From an uncultured Spirochaetota bacterium (GTDB lineage: Bacteria; Spirochaetota; Brevinematia; Brevinematales; JAOACQ01), in assembly GCA_963835575.1 (NCBI GenBank), contig CAWIGG010000002.1, positions 1,280,001 to 1,344,000 on the forward strand: 64,000 nucleotides of DNA, given 5' to 3'. The notes below the pieces were generated by a model that was not told the origin of the DNA, ran no database searches, and saw only the letters and a program-made list of their open reading frames with translations. Shown here one piece after another: positions 19,854-30,806 of the stretch (positions are counted from its first letter, which is position 1; each line of letters opens with the position of its first letter). The translations under genes and the position numbers were made by a program.

Positions 19854-20573
19854 ATGAATACAAAACTCATCCTGGCTCTGGATGCTAATAATTTAGTTGA
19901 AGCCAAGCATATCATAGATGAACTATATACTTATATCGAGATATTTAAAGTGGGAAGCATCCTTTATTCTGCAGAAGGAATAAAAGTTATAGAATACATT
20001 CATTCCAGGGGACGTTCCGTTTTTCTCGATTTAAAATTTTTTGATATTCCCAACACGGTTAAAGGCGTCAGCTTTGTTGTCTGTCAGATGAATGTTAAAA
20101 TGTTTACTTTCCATCTTCTCGGCGGAAAGGAAATGATTCGGGCCATGCTTGACGGCATCAGGGATTGTCTTGCCCGCTGCCCAGTTAAGGAAAAACCTCT
20201 GCCTCTGGGAGTCACCATATTGACCAGTATGAATGATAGAATTATGCGCGAAGAAATGAAAATCACATTAAAACTGCAGGATATGATAAAACATCTTGCA
20301 AAAATGGGATTTAATGAAGGCGTCAGGGGTTTTGTCTGCTCTCCAATGGAAGTGGGTTTGCTCAGAAAAGAGCTTGGAAACGAAACAATTCTTGTTACGC
20401 CGGGAATCCGTCTTGAAGATGACGCGGCAGGCGATCAGAAAAGGGTGATGACCCCTGCTGAAGCTAAAAAGAGCGGAGCTAACTATATAGTTATGGGACG
20501 GTCCATTATGGATAAAAAGGACAGGGTCCAGACCGTTGAAAAAATCTTAAAAGAACTATCATCATCCAAGTAA
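19854..20573 (+). CDS. pyrF: Orotidine-5'-phosphate decarboxylase
   Basis: LILALD, FKVG, FLDLKFFDIPNTV, GVTILTS, VTPGIR, DQKRVMTP, IVMGR. Confidence 0.95.
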   Translation: MNTKLILALDANNLVEAKHIIDELYTYIEIFKVGSILYSAEGIKVIEYIHSRGRSVFLDLKFFDIPNTVKGVSFVVCQMNVKMFTFHLLGGKEMIRAMLDGIRDCLARCPVKEKPLPLGVTILTSMNDRIMREEMKITLKLQDMIKHLAKMGFNEGVRGFVCSPMEVGLLRKELGNETILVTPGIRLEDDAAGDQKRVMTPAEAKKSGANYIVMGRSIMDKKDRVQTVEKILKELSSSK

Positions 20574-20584
20574 ATATAAGTCAT

Positions 20585-21241
20585 TTACTTTAAATAATAA
20601 TCTAGACTGCTGCTTTTAAATTTTAAAAAAGCTGATTTTATATAGTTTTCTATAAGCCTTCTTTTTTCATTATTTTTTATGCTTTTATTGAAACTCATTT
20701 TAAAAAGCAGACCCGATAATACTTCTTCGGTTTCCTTATTAACATCAACCGGGTACGCCAGATAGGCGGAAGTTTTATCTATAATATAAAAATTTGTTAT
20801 CTTTTTATTCAAGAAGTAATATCTTTCAAAATCTGCTTTATCATCCAGATATTCATAGCTTTTTATAAGATTCAAGTACCTCTCTATATTATAAAGTGAA
20901 GTATCCAGAGACAATGAAATAATTTCATTACTGTTAGATAATATTTTCTCATATGTGAGGTTAAAATCAGCGATTCCATTATTAACAGAAAAAGAATATG
21001 AACTATTTGTTTCAATAATTGTAAAATTTGAAATATCCGGCAATAGTACAGTCATTTTTTTTAATAATTCCATACTGGCTGAATCAACAATCGCGACACT
21101 GCCTTTTAAGACGCTGTTATATTTACCGTTCCGGTAGGCAGTTCTGACATTATTTAATCCTGAATTGATATCATCCGAATAAATATTTGAATACAGAAAT
21201 AATAAAAATGCAGCAGTAAAAATAATACTTTTTCCTTTCAT
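20585..21241 (-). CDS. Hypothetical exported protein
   Basis: N-terminal signal peptide; start abuts the upstream gene stop. Confidence 0.65.
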   Translation of the reverse strand: MKGKSIIFTAAFLLFLYSNIYSDDINSGLNNVRTAYRNGKYNSVLKGSVAIVDSASMELLKKMTVLLPDISNFTIIETNSSYSFSVNNGIADFNLTYEKILSNSNEIISLSLDTSLYNIERYLNLIKSYEYLDDKADFERYYFLNKKITNFYIIDKTSAYLAYPVDVNKETEEVLSGLLFKMSFNKSIKNNEKRRLIENYIKSAFLKFKSSSLDYYLK

Positions 21242-21242
21242 A

Positions 21243-22112
21243 CTAATCTCCTATTAACTCCATGATAATAAAATCCGGTTTTGCAAAAAAACGGAAAGGA
21301 ATATAACGGCTGACGCCAAGCCCTTTGGATATTGACAGTATGGTGCCATTATGAATTGAAATCCCTCTGGCCTCTTTCCTCTTTATTTCGCTTTTAATAA
21401 CCAGAGGAACCCCGAAAGCGGTAATCTGACCGCCATGAGTGTGTCCTGCCAGCACAACGTCCGCTTTGCCTTTATAATAATTTATCACTTCCGGATAATG
21501 GGACAATAATAAAGTCAATATTTTTTCTTTCTCATATTTTATTTTAAGAAAAGATTTATTTTTGAGTGAACGGGTATCAATTCCGACAATTTTTATTTTA
21601 TCCTTTTTTATTTTCATGTCATAAGTTTCATCTATTAGAAGTTTAACTCCGGCTTCATTTAAGACCTTTTTTAAAGTTTTTACATCAGCTTCTTTTTTTT
21701 CATTGAAAAAAAAGAACGGATAAAAAATATGAAGGAAGTTATATTGAAAATAATCATGGTTTCCCATTACTCCAAATATTCCGTAACGGGATTTCAATCC
21801 TGATAAAAAAGGAATCAGCATTTCTATCCCCGAATTATTATCAATAAAATCTCCCGTTATAAAAATAAAATCAGGCTTTTTTTTCTTAACCCATAAGTCA
21901 ATCATGCTTTTCATTTTATTCAATCTTGAAGAGCTCATATTTTTAAAGAGATGAAAGTCTGAGAGATGCATGCATGTGTATCTGCCTTTTATATTTTTTA
22001 ACCGTAATCTTACCTGTTCCACGGATATCTGTTTTGTTTCAATAAAATAAGCATAAAATAGAAATAGCGAAATAATAATGATAATAGCAACGGCCGTAAA
22101 GATACCTAACAC
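21243..22112 (-). CDS. Membrane-anchored metallophosphoesterase (YkuE-like)
   Basis: HLSDFH, TGDFID, MGNHD, LLSHYP, LAGHTHGGQ; GTG start with GGAG RBS. Confidence 0.9.
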   Translation of the reverse strand: MLGIFTAVAIIIIISLFLFYAYFIETKQISVEQVRLRLKNIKGRYTCMHLSDFHLFKNMSSSRLNKMKSMIDLWVKKKKPDFIFITGDFIDNNSGIEMLIPFLSGLKSRYGIFGVMGNHDYFQYNFLHIFYPFFFFNEKKEADVKTLKKVLNEAGVKLLIDETYDMKIKKDKIKIVGIDTRSLKNKSFLKIKYEKEKILTLLLSHYPEVINYYKGKADVVLAGHTHGGQITAFGVPLVIKSEIKRKEARGISIHNGTILSISKGLGVSRYIPFRFFAKPDFIIMELIGD

Positions 22113-22166
22113 GTTTTCTCCTTATGAAATAAAAAGGCAATTTTTTATAAGAATCTGCGGTAAGAA

Positions 22167-24185
22167 CTATTGGTCCTGAAGAAAACCAAGGTTGAGAAGC
22201 TCTGATTTTTGAAAATGCGTGGCTTCAGCGGTACCTTTTTGTTTTCCATAAATCGCCATGCCCACGACACTTTCTTTTTTAACAATAGGCACTATAAAAA
22301 CTTCGTCTATACTATCCAATTCCTGTGCCGAAAATCTTTCTTTTAAATATCTTGTATTCTTTATTTCCCCTTTTATATCCAGGCCTTTATTCTGTGAAAG
22401 GAACATTTGAAACACAGGATCTTTTTCGGAAATGGCAAATTTATCAGTCTGAAATCCTTCTTTCATAATACACATAAACTGATTATTAATACGCTTCAGA
22501 ATTAATATATTAAGTATATTGAGGCTGTTTCTCGCAAGATCAAATGCTACCTTGCCGTAATCTTCCACCGAACAGATAGAGCTGACTTTTTGAGGAGGCT
22601 CTGCCATTGCCGCCTCACCCTCATCCATAGGCACTGATACGCCTGTTTTCGCTTCTTCAGTAAGCGGGATCATTTCTTCCACTTTGATCTCGGGAAGCTC
22701 TCCTTTTTCAGCCGACACGGATTTTTTTGCCGCTTCTTCCGGGTTCTCACCGCTAAAAGGTTCCATCTCAAAACTAAAAGGCTCAAATTCAACTATATCT
22801 TCCTTATGTTCTTCCTGGATTTCATGCGGTATTTCTTCATGATAAGATTCGCTGAGAACTATTTCCTCATCGCTCAGATCTTCATCAATATTAATTTCCT
22901 TTTCTTTTCTAACCGGTGCTTTTGATTCTATATTGCTGAGGATTCTTTCCTCTTCAGCAAAGAGGTCTGTCTCCTTAGACGGCTTAATATGATCATAAGT
23001 ATTGATGGCTTGGGGCATTTCAAACGAAGGTTCGGAAATTTCAATCATTTCCTGTGTTTCTCCCATAGCCTCTTGAGAAAGGTCTATCTCCGGCATTTCA
23101 TTTATTTCCGGCTCTGCTTCAGGAAACGACGCCGTAAGATCAATACCGTTAGAAAGGATCATATCTTCTATGCCTTTCTTCGCTTCTTTGTCTTCAAATG
23201 GCTTATTGTCCTCGATATCCATAATAAGATCTTTTATTTCATCCTTTTTAACTTCAGCAATTTTTTTCTCCCGAAGCGGCACATTTACCGGCTTTATAGG
23301 CATATCCTGAATCATTTTTTCATTACGCATAATCTGAATCAGCGCTATAACAACCATAAAAAAGAGACAGAGGTTTATAATAAGCGCAATAATTCCAAAC
23401 AATGGTATATATTTTTCATTATTGGGATAATATCCCTGGACTGTGCCGTTGATATATTTTTTTGCTATGACGAGGTTTTTATAACCTTTATTCAGCTTTT
23501 TATAACTTTCCGGGTTGTTGATATAACTCAGCATGAATTTTATTTTATTAGTATCCATTCCGGCGCCGCTCATTAAAATTATATTTGACATGGCATAAGT
23601 AACCGATAAATGGGTTGAAGGCCCGCCGGGCAATAGTTTTTCCATTTTATAATGCAGTACGACAAAACCTTTTTTAGCCGGTTTCGAATCTTCCGCGGAA
23701 ATCGGATAAAAAGAAGCGAAAGAAGTTTTATTTAAAAAATAAACATACATATTCGTGTTGGTAATAAAATGATTCTGAATTGCGGACATAATAGGTTTGA
23801 TAATTTTACTGGCGTAAATCTCATTGGTGTCATTGGAAAAGATTATCTTTCCCTCTGAATCCAGGACCTGGATCTTCTGGCATTCAGGGATGGTATTTTT
23901 TATCTTATCAAAATCTTCCAGATACTTTTCTGTGTTTTCCCCTGATTTTGAGCTTTTATATACCGATTGAACTAGATTATCTTTCGAAAGGTATATGATT
24001 TCCGAATCAATTTTATTCATATTGGTTTCTATTGTGGCATAATACGCCGAAACCATTCTTTCAATATACTGGCGGTAGTATTCCCCGAATATTCCCAATC
24101 TATTTTTAATAAAAAATACAAGAACAATCATTGATGCTAATGAAAAAATAAGCAGGAGAATCAGCAGCGTTTTTTTCTTGGCCAT
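22167..24185 (-). CDS. Hypothetical two-TM membrane protein: Cache-like periplasmic region, long acidic linker, GAF-like C-terminus
   Basis: TM1 at N-terminus, IQVLDSEGKIIFS, TM2 near aa 265-290, E/D/P-rich stretch, terminal VFIVPIVKKESVVGMAIYG. Confidence 0.7.
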   Translation of the reverse strand: MAKKKTLLILLLIFSLASMIVLVFFIKNRLGIFGEYYRQYIERMVSAYYATIETNMNKIDSEIIYLSKDNLVQSVYKSSKSGENTEKYLEDFDKIKNTIPECQKIQVLDSEGKIIFSNDTNEIYASKIIKPIMSAIQNHFITNTNMYVYFLNKTSFASFYPISAEDSKPAKKGFVVLHYKMEKLLPGGPSTHLSVTYAMSNIILMSGAGMDTNKIKFMLSYINNPESYKKLNKGYKNLVIAKKYINGTVQGYYPNNEKYIPLFGIIALIINLCLFFMVVIALIQIMRNEKMIQDMPIKPVNVPLREKKIAEVKKDEIKDLIMDIEDNKPFEDKEAKKGIEDMILSNGIDLTASFPEAEPEINEMPEIDLSQEAMGETQEMIEISEPSFEMPQAINTYDHIKPSKETDLFAEEERILSNIESKAPVRKEKEINIDEDLSDEEIVLSESYHEEIPHEIQEEHKEDIVEFEPFSFEMEPFSGENPEEAAKKSVSAEKGELPEIKVEEMIPLTEEAKTGVSVPMDEGEAAMAEPPQKVSSICSVEDYGKVAFDLARNSLNILNILILKRINNQFMCIMKEGFQTDKFAISEKDPVFQMFLSQNKGLDIKGEIKNTRYLKERFSAQELDSIDEVFIVPIVKKESVVGMAIYGKQKGTAEATHFQKSELLNLGFLQDQ

Positions 24186-24279
24186 AAATCGACCCCTCAA
24201 TCGGATAATTGCACAAATTTCCTAATTCTATTTTTCGGTAAAAATACTAATAATCATTAGCTAATAATGCAAAAATAAT

Positions 24280-24322
24280 AAAAAAAGCGGCGGACAGCTT
24301 TTTATTGCTTTTTCCGCCGCTT
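24280..24322 (-). terminator. Intrinsic terminator downstream of nifJ
   Basis: AAGCGGCGGA...TCCGCCGCTT stem with an A-run on + (U-tract on -). Confidence 0.75.
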
Positions 24323-24340
24323 ATTAATTTCAATTATATT

Positions 24341-27300
24341 TTAAATACCTGCCAGCCTCTTATATGTCTGATAGCGGATTTTTGCGTTCTCTTCAGCCGC
24401 TTTAAGAAGCGCTTCGGCCTTATCAGGGAAAGTCTTCACCAGCGACGCATACCTGACTTCTCCCATCAGAAAGTCCCTGAAACTTGCCGCCGGCTCTTTG
24501 GAATCAAGCAAAAATGGATTCTTTCCTTCATTAATCAGCAGGGGATTATAACGGTAAAGGTGCCAGTAACCGGCATCCACAGCTTTCTTCTCTTCTTCCT
24601 GCGACTTGCCCATTCCGGCATAAAGCCCGTGGTTGATGCAGGGAGCGTACGCTATGATGACTGAAGGGCCGGGATAGTTTTCAGCTTCCACGATGGCCTT
24701 TAAAAACTGAGCCTTGTTCGCTCCCATGGCGACCTGCGCCACATAGACATAGCCGTAGCTGATGGCCATCATGCCGAGATCTTTTTTGCGGATTTTTTTA
24801 CCCGAAGCGGCGAATTTGGCAATGGCCGCCGTCGGAGTCGCTTTTGAAGCCTGTCCGCCGGTGTTGGAATAGACTTCCGTATCAAGCACGAGAAGATTGA
24901 TGTTTTCGCCGGTAGCGATGACATGGTCCAATCCGCCGTACCCGATATCGTATGCCCAGCCGTCGCCGCCGATGACCCATTGCGATTTCTTTATTAGAAA
25001 TTTATCGAGTTTTTTTATTTCACCCAGAGTACCGGAAGTTTCCTTCTTTAAAAGCTCTTTGATCTTTTTAGAAACATCTTTTGATTTTTCACTATCATTT
25101 TTATTAGCCATCCAATCTTCAAAGGCAGCTTTAATTTCTCCGGAAGCGCCGTCCTGTATCGCCTTTTTCATCATGATCTCAAGTTTATCCTTCATCTGGT
25201 TATCGGCCAATACCATTCCCAATCCATACTCGGCATTATCTTCAAACAGGGAATTGGCCCATGAAGGCCCGAATCCCTCATCATTAACACAGTACGGGGT
25301 TGCCGGCGCTGAGCCGCCGTAAATCGAGGAACAGCCTGTAGCGTTGGCAACCATCATTCTGTCGCCGAAAAGCTGTGTGATGACCTTAATATAGGAAGTT
25401 TCGCCGCAGCCCGCGCATGCACCCGAAAACTCAAATAAAGGCCTCGCGAACTGGCTGCCTTTAATTGTCTTTTTATCATTTAAAGTATCTTTGTAGGTTA
25501 TATTTTTAGCGAAATAATCCCAGCGCGCAATTTCCTCATTCTGGCTTTCGAGAGGCTTCATCACCAGGGATTTCTGGTTCTGCTTTCCGGGGCAGATATC
25601 CGCGCAGTTGCCGCAGCCGGTACAGTCCAGAACGCTCAGCTGGATCTTGTATTGATAATTTTCCAGTCCCTTTCCGATCGCTTTAAGAGTTTTTGTCCCC
25701 GCGGGCAGTCCTTTCATTTCCTTTTCATCCAGAAGGAACGGTCTGATCACGGCATGTGGACAGACAAAGGCGCACTGGTTGCACTGAGTACAGTTTTCAG
25801 GGATCCATTCCGGCACATTAACAGCGATGCCTCTTTTTTCATACTGAGTGGTCGCCGGAGGAAAAGTGCCGTCTTCCCTGCCGACAAAGGCGCTGACAGG
25901 CAGGCTGTCGCCTTCCATCGCGTTTATCGGGTTCATAACCTTTTTGATAAACTCGGGAAGATCCTTGTTTTCCACTTTTTCCTTTATTTTCAAATCTTTC
26001 CATTCCGAAGGAATTTTGATTTTAATAACGTCGCCGCCTTTATCAATGGCCAAATAGTTCATATTGACGATTTTGTCGCCCTTCTTGCCGTAACTTTTAT
26101 AAATGGCTTTTTTCATATGATCAATGACATCTTTATGAGGTATGATATTGGCCACTTTGAAAAAGGCCGACTGCATGATGGTGTTGGTCCTTCCGCCGAG
26201 TCCGATCCCTTCGGCTATTTCAGTCGCATTGATGATATAAAACTGAATATCATTATCCGCGAGGTATTTCTTCATCTGGTTCGGAAGATGGTCGACTGTT
26301 TCCTTTTCATCCCAGATGCTGTTCAGAAGAAATGTCCCGCCTTTCTTCAGTCCTTTCAGCATATCATACTTGTCCAGATAGGAAGGAACATGGCAGGCCA
26401 CAAAATTCGGGCTTGTGACATAGTAAGGCTGCTGGATCGGCTTATCGCCGAAACGAAGATGCGAGATCGTAACATTGCCTGATTTTTTAGAATCATAGAC
26501 AAAGTAAGCCTGCGCGTATTTATTCGTGTTCTCGCCGATAATTTTAATCGAGTTTTTGTTGGCGCCGACCGTACCGTCGGCCCCAATTCCGTAAAACTTC
26601 GCCTCATAAGTCCCTTCAGGGCTGACATCGACGCATTCGCCCAGAGGCAGAGATAAAAAGGTCACATCATCGACAATACCGACTGTAAACTGGTCCTTCG
26701 GTTCCTTCATTTTAAGGTTTTCGAAAACAGCGATTACCTGTTCCGGTGTTGTGTCTTTTGAGCTTAAACCGTATCTGCCGCCGACAATAAGGGGCGCTTT
26801 ATCTCTATTATAGAAAAGGTTCTTTACATCAAGATAGAGAGGCTCGCCGCCGGCGCCCGGCTCTTTTGTCCTGTCCAGAACGCTGATCCTTTTTACTGTT
26901 TTAGGGAGCACATTAAAGAAATATTTCGCTGAAAAAGGCCTGTAAAGGTGCACGGCGATCATTCCGACTTTCTCGCCTTTCTTTACAAGATAATCGATCA
27001 CGGGCTTTGCCAGGTCGGTTAATGAACCCATCGCTATAAGGATGTTCTCGGCGTCTTTCGCCCCGTAATAATCAAAGGGATGGTATTCGCGGCCTGTGAG
27101 CTTACTCATCTGCTGCATGGACGATTCAACAATATCAGGCAAGGCATCATAAAATTTATTGCATGCTTCCTTTGCCTGGAAAAAGATATCCGGGTTCTGC
27201 GCGGTTCCCCTTGTGACAGGGTTTTCAGGGCTGAGCGCCCTGTTCCGGAATTCATCCAGGGATTTTTTATCAAGAAGCTTTTCGTAATCGGAATAATCCA

Positions 27301-27856
27301 GCGCTTCCGCTTTCTGAATTTCAGCGGAAGTCCTGAACCCGTCGAAGAAATGTAAAAAAGGAACGCGAGACTTCATCGCGGCCATATGGGCCACCGGGGC
27401 CAGGTCCAGTATTTCCTGCACGGAGCCGGTTGCCAGCATGGCAAAACCGGTCTGGCGGCAGGCCATCACATCGGAATGGTCGCCGAAGATAGAAAGGGCA
27501 TGAGCGGCGACAGTCCTCGCGCTGACATGAAAAACTCCCGGCAGAAGCTCGCCGGCTATTTTATACATATTGGGTATCATCAGTAAAAGACCCTGGGAAG
27601 CCGTGAATGTCGTGGTCAAGGCACCGGCCTGAAGAGCGCCATGCACGGCGCCGGCCGCGCCTGCCTCAGACTGCATTTCTGTAATCCTTAAAACTTCGCC
27701 GAACATGTTCTTTTTACCCTCACTCGCCCATTCGTCGCAGTATTCCGCCATCGTGGACGAAGGCGTGATCGGATAGATAGCCGCTATTTCAGAAAACGCG
27801 TACGCCACATGGGCCGCAGCATTATTTCCATCCATCATCTTCATGGATTTTGCCAT
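24341..27856 (-). CDS. nifJ: Pyruvate:ferredoxin (flavodoxin) oxidoreductase
   Basis: MDGNNAAA, AIYPITPSS, MQSEAGAAG, CTQCNQC/CTGCGNC ferredoxin motifs, FEFSGACAGCGET, GGDGWAYDIG; start ATG 27856 with GGAGG RBS. Confidence 0.97.
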   Translation of the reverse strand: MAKSMKMMDGNNAAAHVAYAFSEIAAIYPITPSSTMAEYCDEWASEGKKNMFGEVLRITEMQSEAGAAGAVHGALQAGALTTTFTASQGLLLMIPNMYKIAGELLPGVFHVSARTVAAHALSIFGDHSDVMACRQTGFAMLATGSVQEILDLAPVAHMAAMKSRVPFLHFFDGFRTSAEIQKAEALDYSDYEKLLDKKSLDEFRNRALSPENPVTRGTAQNPDIFFQAKEACNKFYDALPDIVESSMQQMSKLTGREYHPFDYYGAKDAENILIAMGSLTDLAKPVIDYLVKKGEKVGMIAVHLYRPFSAKYFFNVLPKTVKRISVLDRTKEPGAGGEPLYLDVKNLFYNRDKAPLIVGGRYGLSSKDTTPEQVIAVFENLKMKEPKDQFTVGIVDDVTFLSLPLGECVDVSPEGTYEAKFYGIGADGTVGANKNSIKIIGENTNKYAQAYFVYDSKKSGNVTISHLRFGDKPIQQPYYVTSPNFVACHVPSYLDKYDMLKGLKKGGTFLLNSIWDEKETVDHLPNQMKKYLADNDIQFYIINATEIAEGIGLGGRTNTIMQSAFFKVANIIPHKDVIDHMKKAIYKSYGKKGDKIVNMNYLAIDKGGDVIKIKIPSEWKDLKIKEKVENKDLPEFIKKVMNPINAMEGDSLPVSAFVGREDGTFPPATTQYEKRGIAVNVPEWIPENCTQCNQCAFVCPHAVIRPFLLDEKEMKGLPAGTKTLKAIGKGLENYQYKIQLSVLDCTGCGNCADICPGKQNQKSLVMKPLESQNEEIARWDYFAKNITYKDTLNDKKTIKGSQFARPLFEFSGACAGCGETSYIKVITQLFGDRMMVANATGCSSIYGGSAPATPYCVNDEGFGPSWANSLFEDNAEYGLGMVLADNQMKDKLEIMMKKAIQDGASGEIKAAFEDWMANKNDSEKSKDVSKKIKELLKKETSGTLGEIKKLDKFLIKKSQWVIGGDGWAYDIGYGGLDHVIATGENINLLVLDTEVYSNTGGQASKATPTAAIAKFAASGKKIRKKDLGMMAISYGYVYVAQVAMGANKAQFLKAIVEAENYPGPSVIIAYAPCINHGLYAGMGKSQEEEKKAVDAGYWHLYRYNPLLINEGKNPFLLDSKEPAASFRDFLMGEVRYASLVKTFPDKAEALLKAAEENAKIRYQTYKRLAGI

Positions 27857-28017
27857 ATCTTTCCTCCATACTATAATAAATAGTCCTTGAATCATTATAC
27901 AGCATTTTATCAAAAATGACAAAAATTTAGGGAATTACACCCCGGTTTATTGGATGAATTGCCTGATAAATTTTGAGATAACAGAAAAAGCCGTAATTTA
28001 AACAATCCTATTTCCTA

Positions 28018-28046
28018 TTGATTTAAATAAACCATTTTATTATAAT
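28018..28046 (+). promoter_or_regulatory. Putative sigma70 promoter of the P83/100-family gene
   Basis: TTGATT-17 bp-TATAAT. Confidence 0.55.
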
Positions 28047-28073
28047 ATTTTAAGTTTTCTTTAAGGGGCCTTT

Positions 28074-29822
28074 ATGAAACACATTAAATTTTTATTAGTC
28101 ATATTATTTATCTTTATCTTTTCCGCTTCTTATTCCTATAAAGTAGATGTCACGGAACTCAGGGAAAGTAAAAAGATCGAGTTTATAAACTATGCGGGAA
28201 GACATGCCGCCGTTTACAGCCCCTCCCAGCGGAGAGGGATCGGACGGTCGCTGGCCGAAATTTCAGACAGGAACAATCAATTCTACAGCTATTTATCCTA
28301 TTCCATAATTCATGCCGTCGATAAAAACGACACAAACGGAATGGACGCCGATATATTTTCAATCCTCCGCGGAGCTAAAATCGACCATATCAACAGCATC
28401 CGCCTTATTCTGTCTTCTTATTTAAGCAGCCGCTACGGTTATTCTTCAAAAAACGCCGAGACGATCGCCGTTTTCATCACCTACTATAACGCCGTTCATA
28501 GAGGGGATACGGCCTATTTCGGCGATAAATATAAAAAGATAGTTTTAAATAACATATCCGGCGATAATGCCGGAATCTCAACACTTTATTCCGATTGGCC
28601 CGGCAGGACAAAAATGCTCATTCCCCTGACTGATGACCTTAAAAGAGGAGACGCCGGCCTTCTCGATACCAGTGAAATCTCAGGCAAAGAGGTTGTCGAT
28701 GAACTGAAGAATAAGGAAGATAAAGGCGTCAAGGAAAGAAAAGAAATCACTGAAATCAAGAAAAAGGAAATAGAAGAGTCCGGGAAAAACATTGAGGAAA
28801 AGAAAAAAGAGATCGCGGAAAAAAGTGCGGAGATAGAAAAAAAGGAAAAACAAACTGAGGTCAAGAAAAGCGAATTGGAGAAAACCAAAAAGGAATTAAC
28901 AGAAAAGGAAAAAGAACTGGAAAAGGAAAAAGAATCGGCTAAAAATATAAAGGATAAAGATGAAAAAGCGAAAAAAGAAAGTGAAATCGCCCAGAAGGAA
29001 AAAGAATTGGAAAAAGGCAAAAAAGAAGCTCAGAATAAGGAAACCCGGATAAAAAAAGAAGAAAAAGAGACCGCGCAAAATAAGGAAACCCTGAAAAAGG
29101 AAGAAGTCAAAGTCAATAAAGAAGAGCAGAAAACGGCAAAAAAGGAAGAGGAAGTCAAAAAAGAGACAGCGGAAATAAAAAAGGACGAAAAATCCGTCAT
29201 AACTGAAAAAAGCCCCGAAGAGCTCAAGAAAAAAAGCGCCGAACTGAACCAGAAAGAGCTTGAGCTCACAAAAAGAGAGGAAGAGCTGAAAAAGAGCAAG
29301 CCTGACCGCAATATCTTCGAGGGTAAGCTTTATTACCTGAAAATAATTCAATACCTGCCGGAAGGCCATTATAATAATAACCTGATGACCATCAATCCCA
29401 TCACGAAAACGGTTGATCTGACATCGCCGTTCAAGGATATCTGCGGCCATAAATTTGATGTGTTCAAGGACGGCGTTGTCGTCATCGGCTACAGCTCCGA
29501 TAATCACGCCGCCGACCACTTCCTCGTCCTTCTTGACAGCAAAACGCTGGAGCTCAAAGATCAGGGCAAAGATAATATATTCTGGCGCAGCTTTGTCGAA
29601 ATCCGCGAGGACTTCATTTACGCCATCATTTTATCCAAAGACGTTTATTATCTGGGCAAATTCAATGAGAAGCTCGAAAAAGTCGCCCAGTCCGCCGAGC
29701 CTCTCGACCCCGATACTTTTATCAGCTTTTACAGCGATTTTATTTATGTGAACGGCAAAGACAAAAAAATCCTTGTTTTGAATAAAGGCGATTTGTCTAA
29801 AAACGATATTATTAATCCATAG
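28074..29822 (+). CDS. P83/100-family spirochaete protein
   Basis: Signal peptide, IEFINYAG, DADIF, IDHINSIRLILSSYL, FITYYNAVHRGD, AGISTLYSDWPGRT, long K/E coiled coil. Confidence 0.85.
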   Translation: MKHIKFLLVILFIFIFSASYSYKVDVTELRESKKIEFINYAGRHAAVYSPSQRRGIGRSLAEISDRNNQFYSYLSYSIIHAVDKNDTNGMDADIFSILRGAKIDHINSIRLILSSYLSSRYGYSSKNAETIAVFITYYNAVHRGDTAYFGDKYKKIVLNNISGDNAGISTLYSDWPGRTKMLIPLTDDLKRGDAGLLDTSEISGKEVVDELKNKEDKGVKERKEITEIKKKEIEESGKNIEEKKKEIAEKSAEIEKKEKQTEVKKSELEKTKKELTEKEKELEKEKESAKNIKDKDEKAKKESEIAQKEKELEKGKKEAQNKETRIKKEEKETAQNKETLKKEEVKVNKEEQKTAKKEEEVKKETAEIKKDEKSVITEKSPEELKKKSAELNQKELELTKREEELKKSKPDRNIFEGKLYYLKIIQYLPEGHYNNNLMTINPITKTVDLTSPFKDICGHKFDVFKDGVVVIGYSSDNHAADHFLVLLDSKTLELKDQGKDNIFWRSFVEIREDFIYAIILSKDVYYLGKFNEKLEKVAQSAEPLDPDTFISFYSDFIYVNGKDKKILVLNKGDLSKNDIINP

Positions 29823-29834
29823 GGCGGAAGAAAC

Positions 29835-30788
29835 ATGGAATTCAGGGAATCGAAACTGACCGATATACCGGTATTAATTGAATTATCCCGCTCATTTGAT
29901 ACTTCCCCCTATTCTTTTGACAAAAATATATTCCGCATCACCAATTCCACTTATCCGGCTTTCGCCAAAGACATGCTTTCCAGCACTTCCGCCGTTTCGA
30001 TAATAGCGGAAGATAAAGACAAAGCCGTTGGATACATCACTTTCAGCATTAATCATCCCCTGTCACAGACACTGGGTAAAAGCATAGGCAGTATTCTCCT
30101 TCTTGCCGTACAGGAGAACTACAGGGGACGCGGCATCGGAAAAAGCCTTGTGAAAAAAGCCCTCGCATCGCTTCTTCTGAAAGGGGCCGGTCTGATAACC
30201 GTCGGCACGGATATCTATAATTATCCGGCGATCCATATTTATGAGGATTGCGGGTTTCATCTCCGCATGGGCTGGCATATTTTCAGGCATTATTTTAAGC
30301 ATGAAAGCCATATGAAACATCAGAGCGAGAAAATCAAGCCCCTGAATTTAAACGATATCGATCTATTTTTGAATGAAATAATCCGGCCTATTTCAATCCA
30401 GAAGGAAAGAGGCATCGATAATAAAAAGCTTAAAGAATACCTGTCCGAAAACGCGCGGCGGAGCCTGTTAAAAGGTAAAACCGAAGGCTATGTTTATGAA
30501 ATGAACGGCAAGCCGGCCGGATTTATCCATATCGGCAAGGACGAAATAGGGAAAAAAACGATCCAGACGGATAAGCAGGTCTATAAAATCCTGGACCTTA
30601 TCGCGTTAAAAAAATTCAAGGAAACCTGGATTGAAACGGAACTGCTGAACGACATAAAGTTCCGGCTGAAAGACTACTGCCTTCTGGAACTCTGGATGGA
30701 TGCCGAAAACTCCACCCTGATCCATGCCGCCGAAGACGCCGGATATCACCTCAGCTATACCGGCCTGGCCTTTCATTATATAAAATAA
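29835..30788 (+). CDS. Tandem GNAT-family N-acetyltransferase
   Basis: LAVQENYRGRGIGKSLV, NYPAIHIYEDCGF; a second, degenerate GNAT half. Confidence 0.85.
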   Translation: MEFRESKLTDIPVLIELSRSFDTSPYSFDKNIFRITNSTYPAFAKDMLSSTSAVSIIAEDKDKAVGYITFSINHPLSQTLGKSIGSILLLAVQENYRGRGIGKSLVKKALASLLLKGAGLITVGTDIYNYPAIHIYEDCGFHLRMGWHIFRHYFKHESHMKHQSEKIKPLNLNDIDLFLNEIIRPISIQKERGIDNKKLKEYLSENARRSLLKGKTEGYVYEMNGKPAGFIHIGKDEIGKKTIQTDKQVYKILDLIALKKFKETWIETELLNDIKFRLKDYCLLELWMDAENSTLIHAAEDAGYHLSYTGLAFHYIK

Positions 30789-30806
30789 CTAGGAAGAACG
30801 AAACGA

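Noticed and set aside
28700..29300. A-rich repetitive DNA
   Set aside because: Explained by the Lys/Glu coiled coil of the P83/100 protein.
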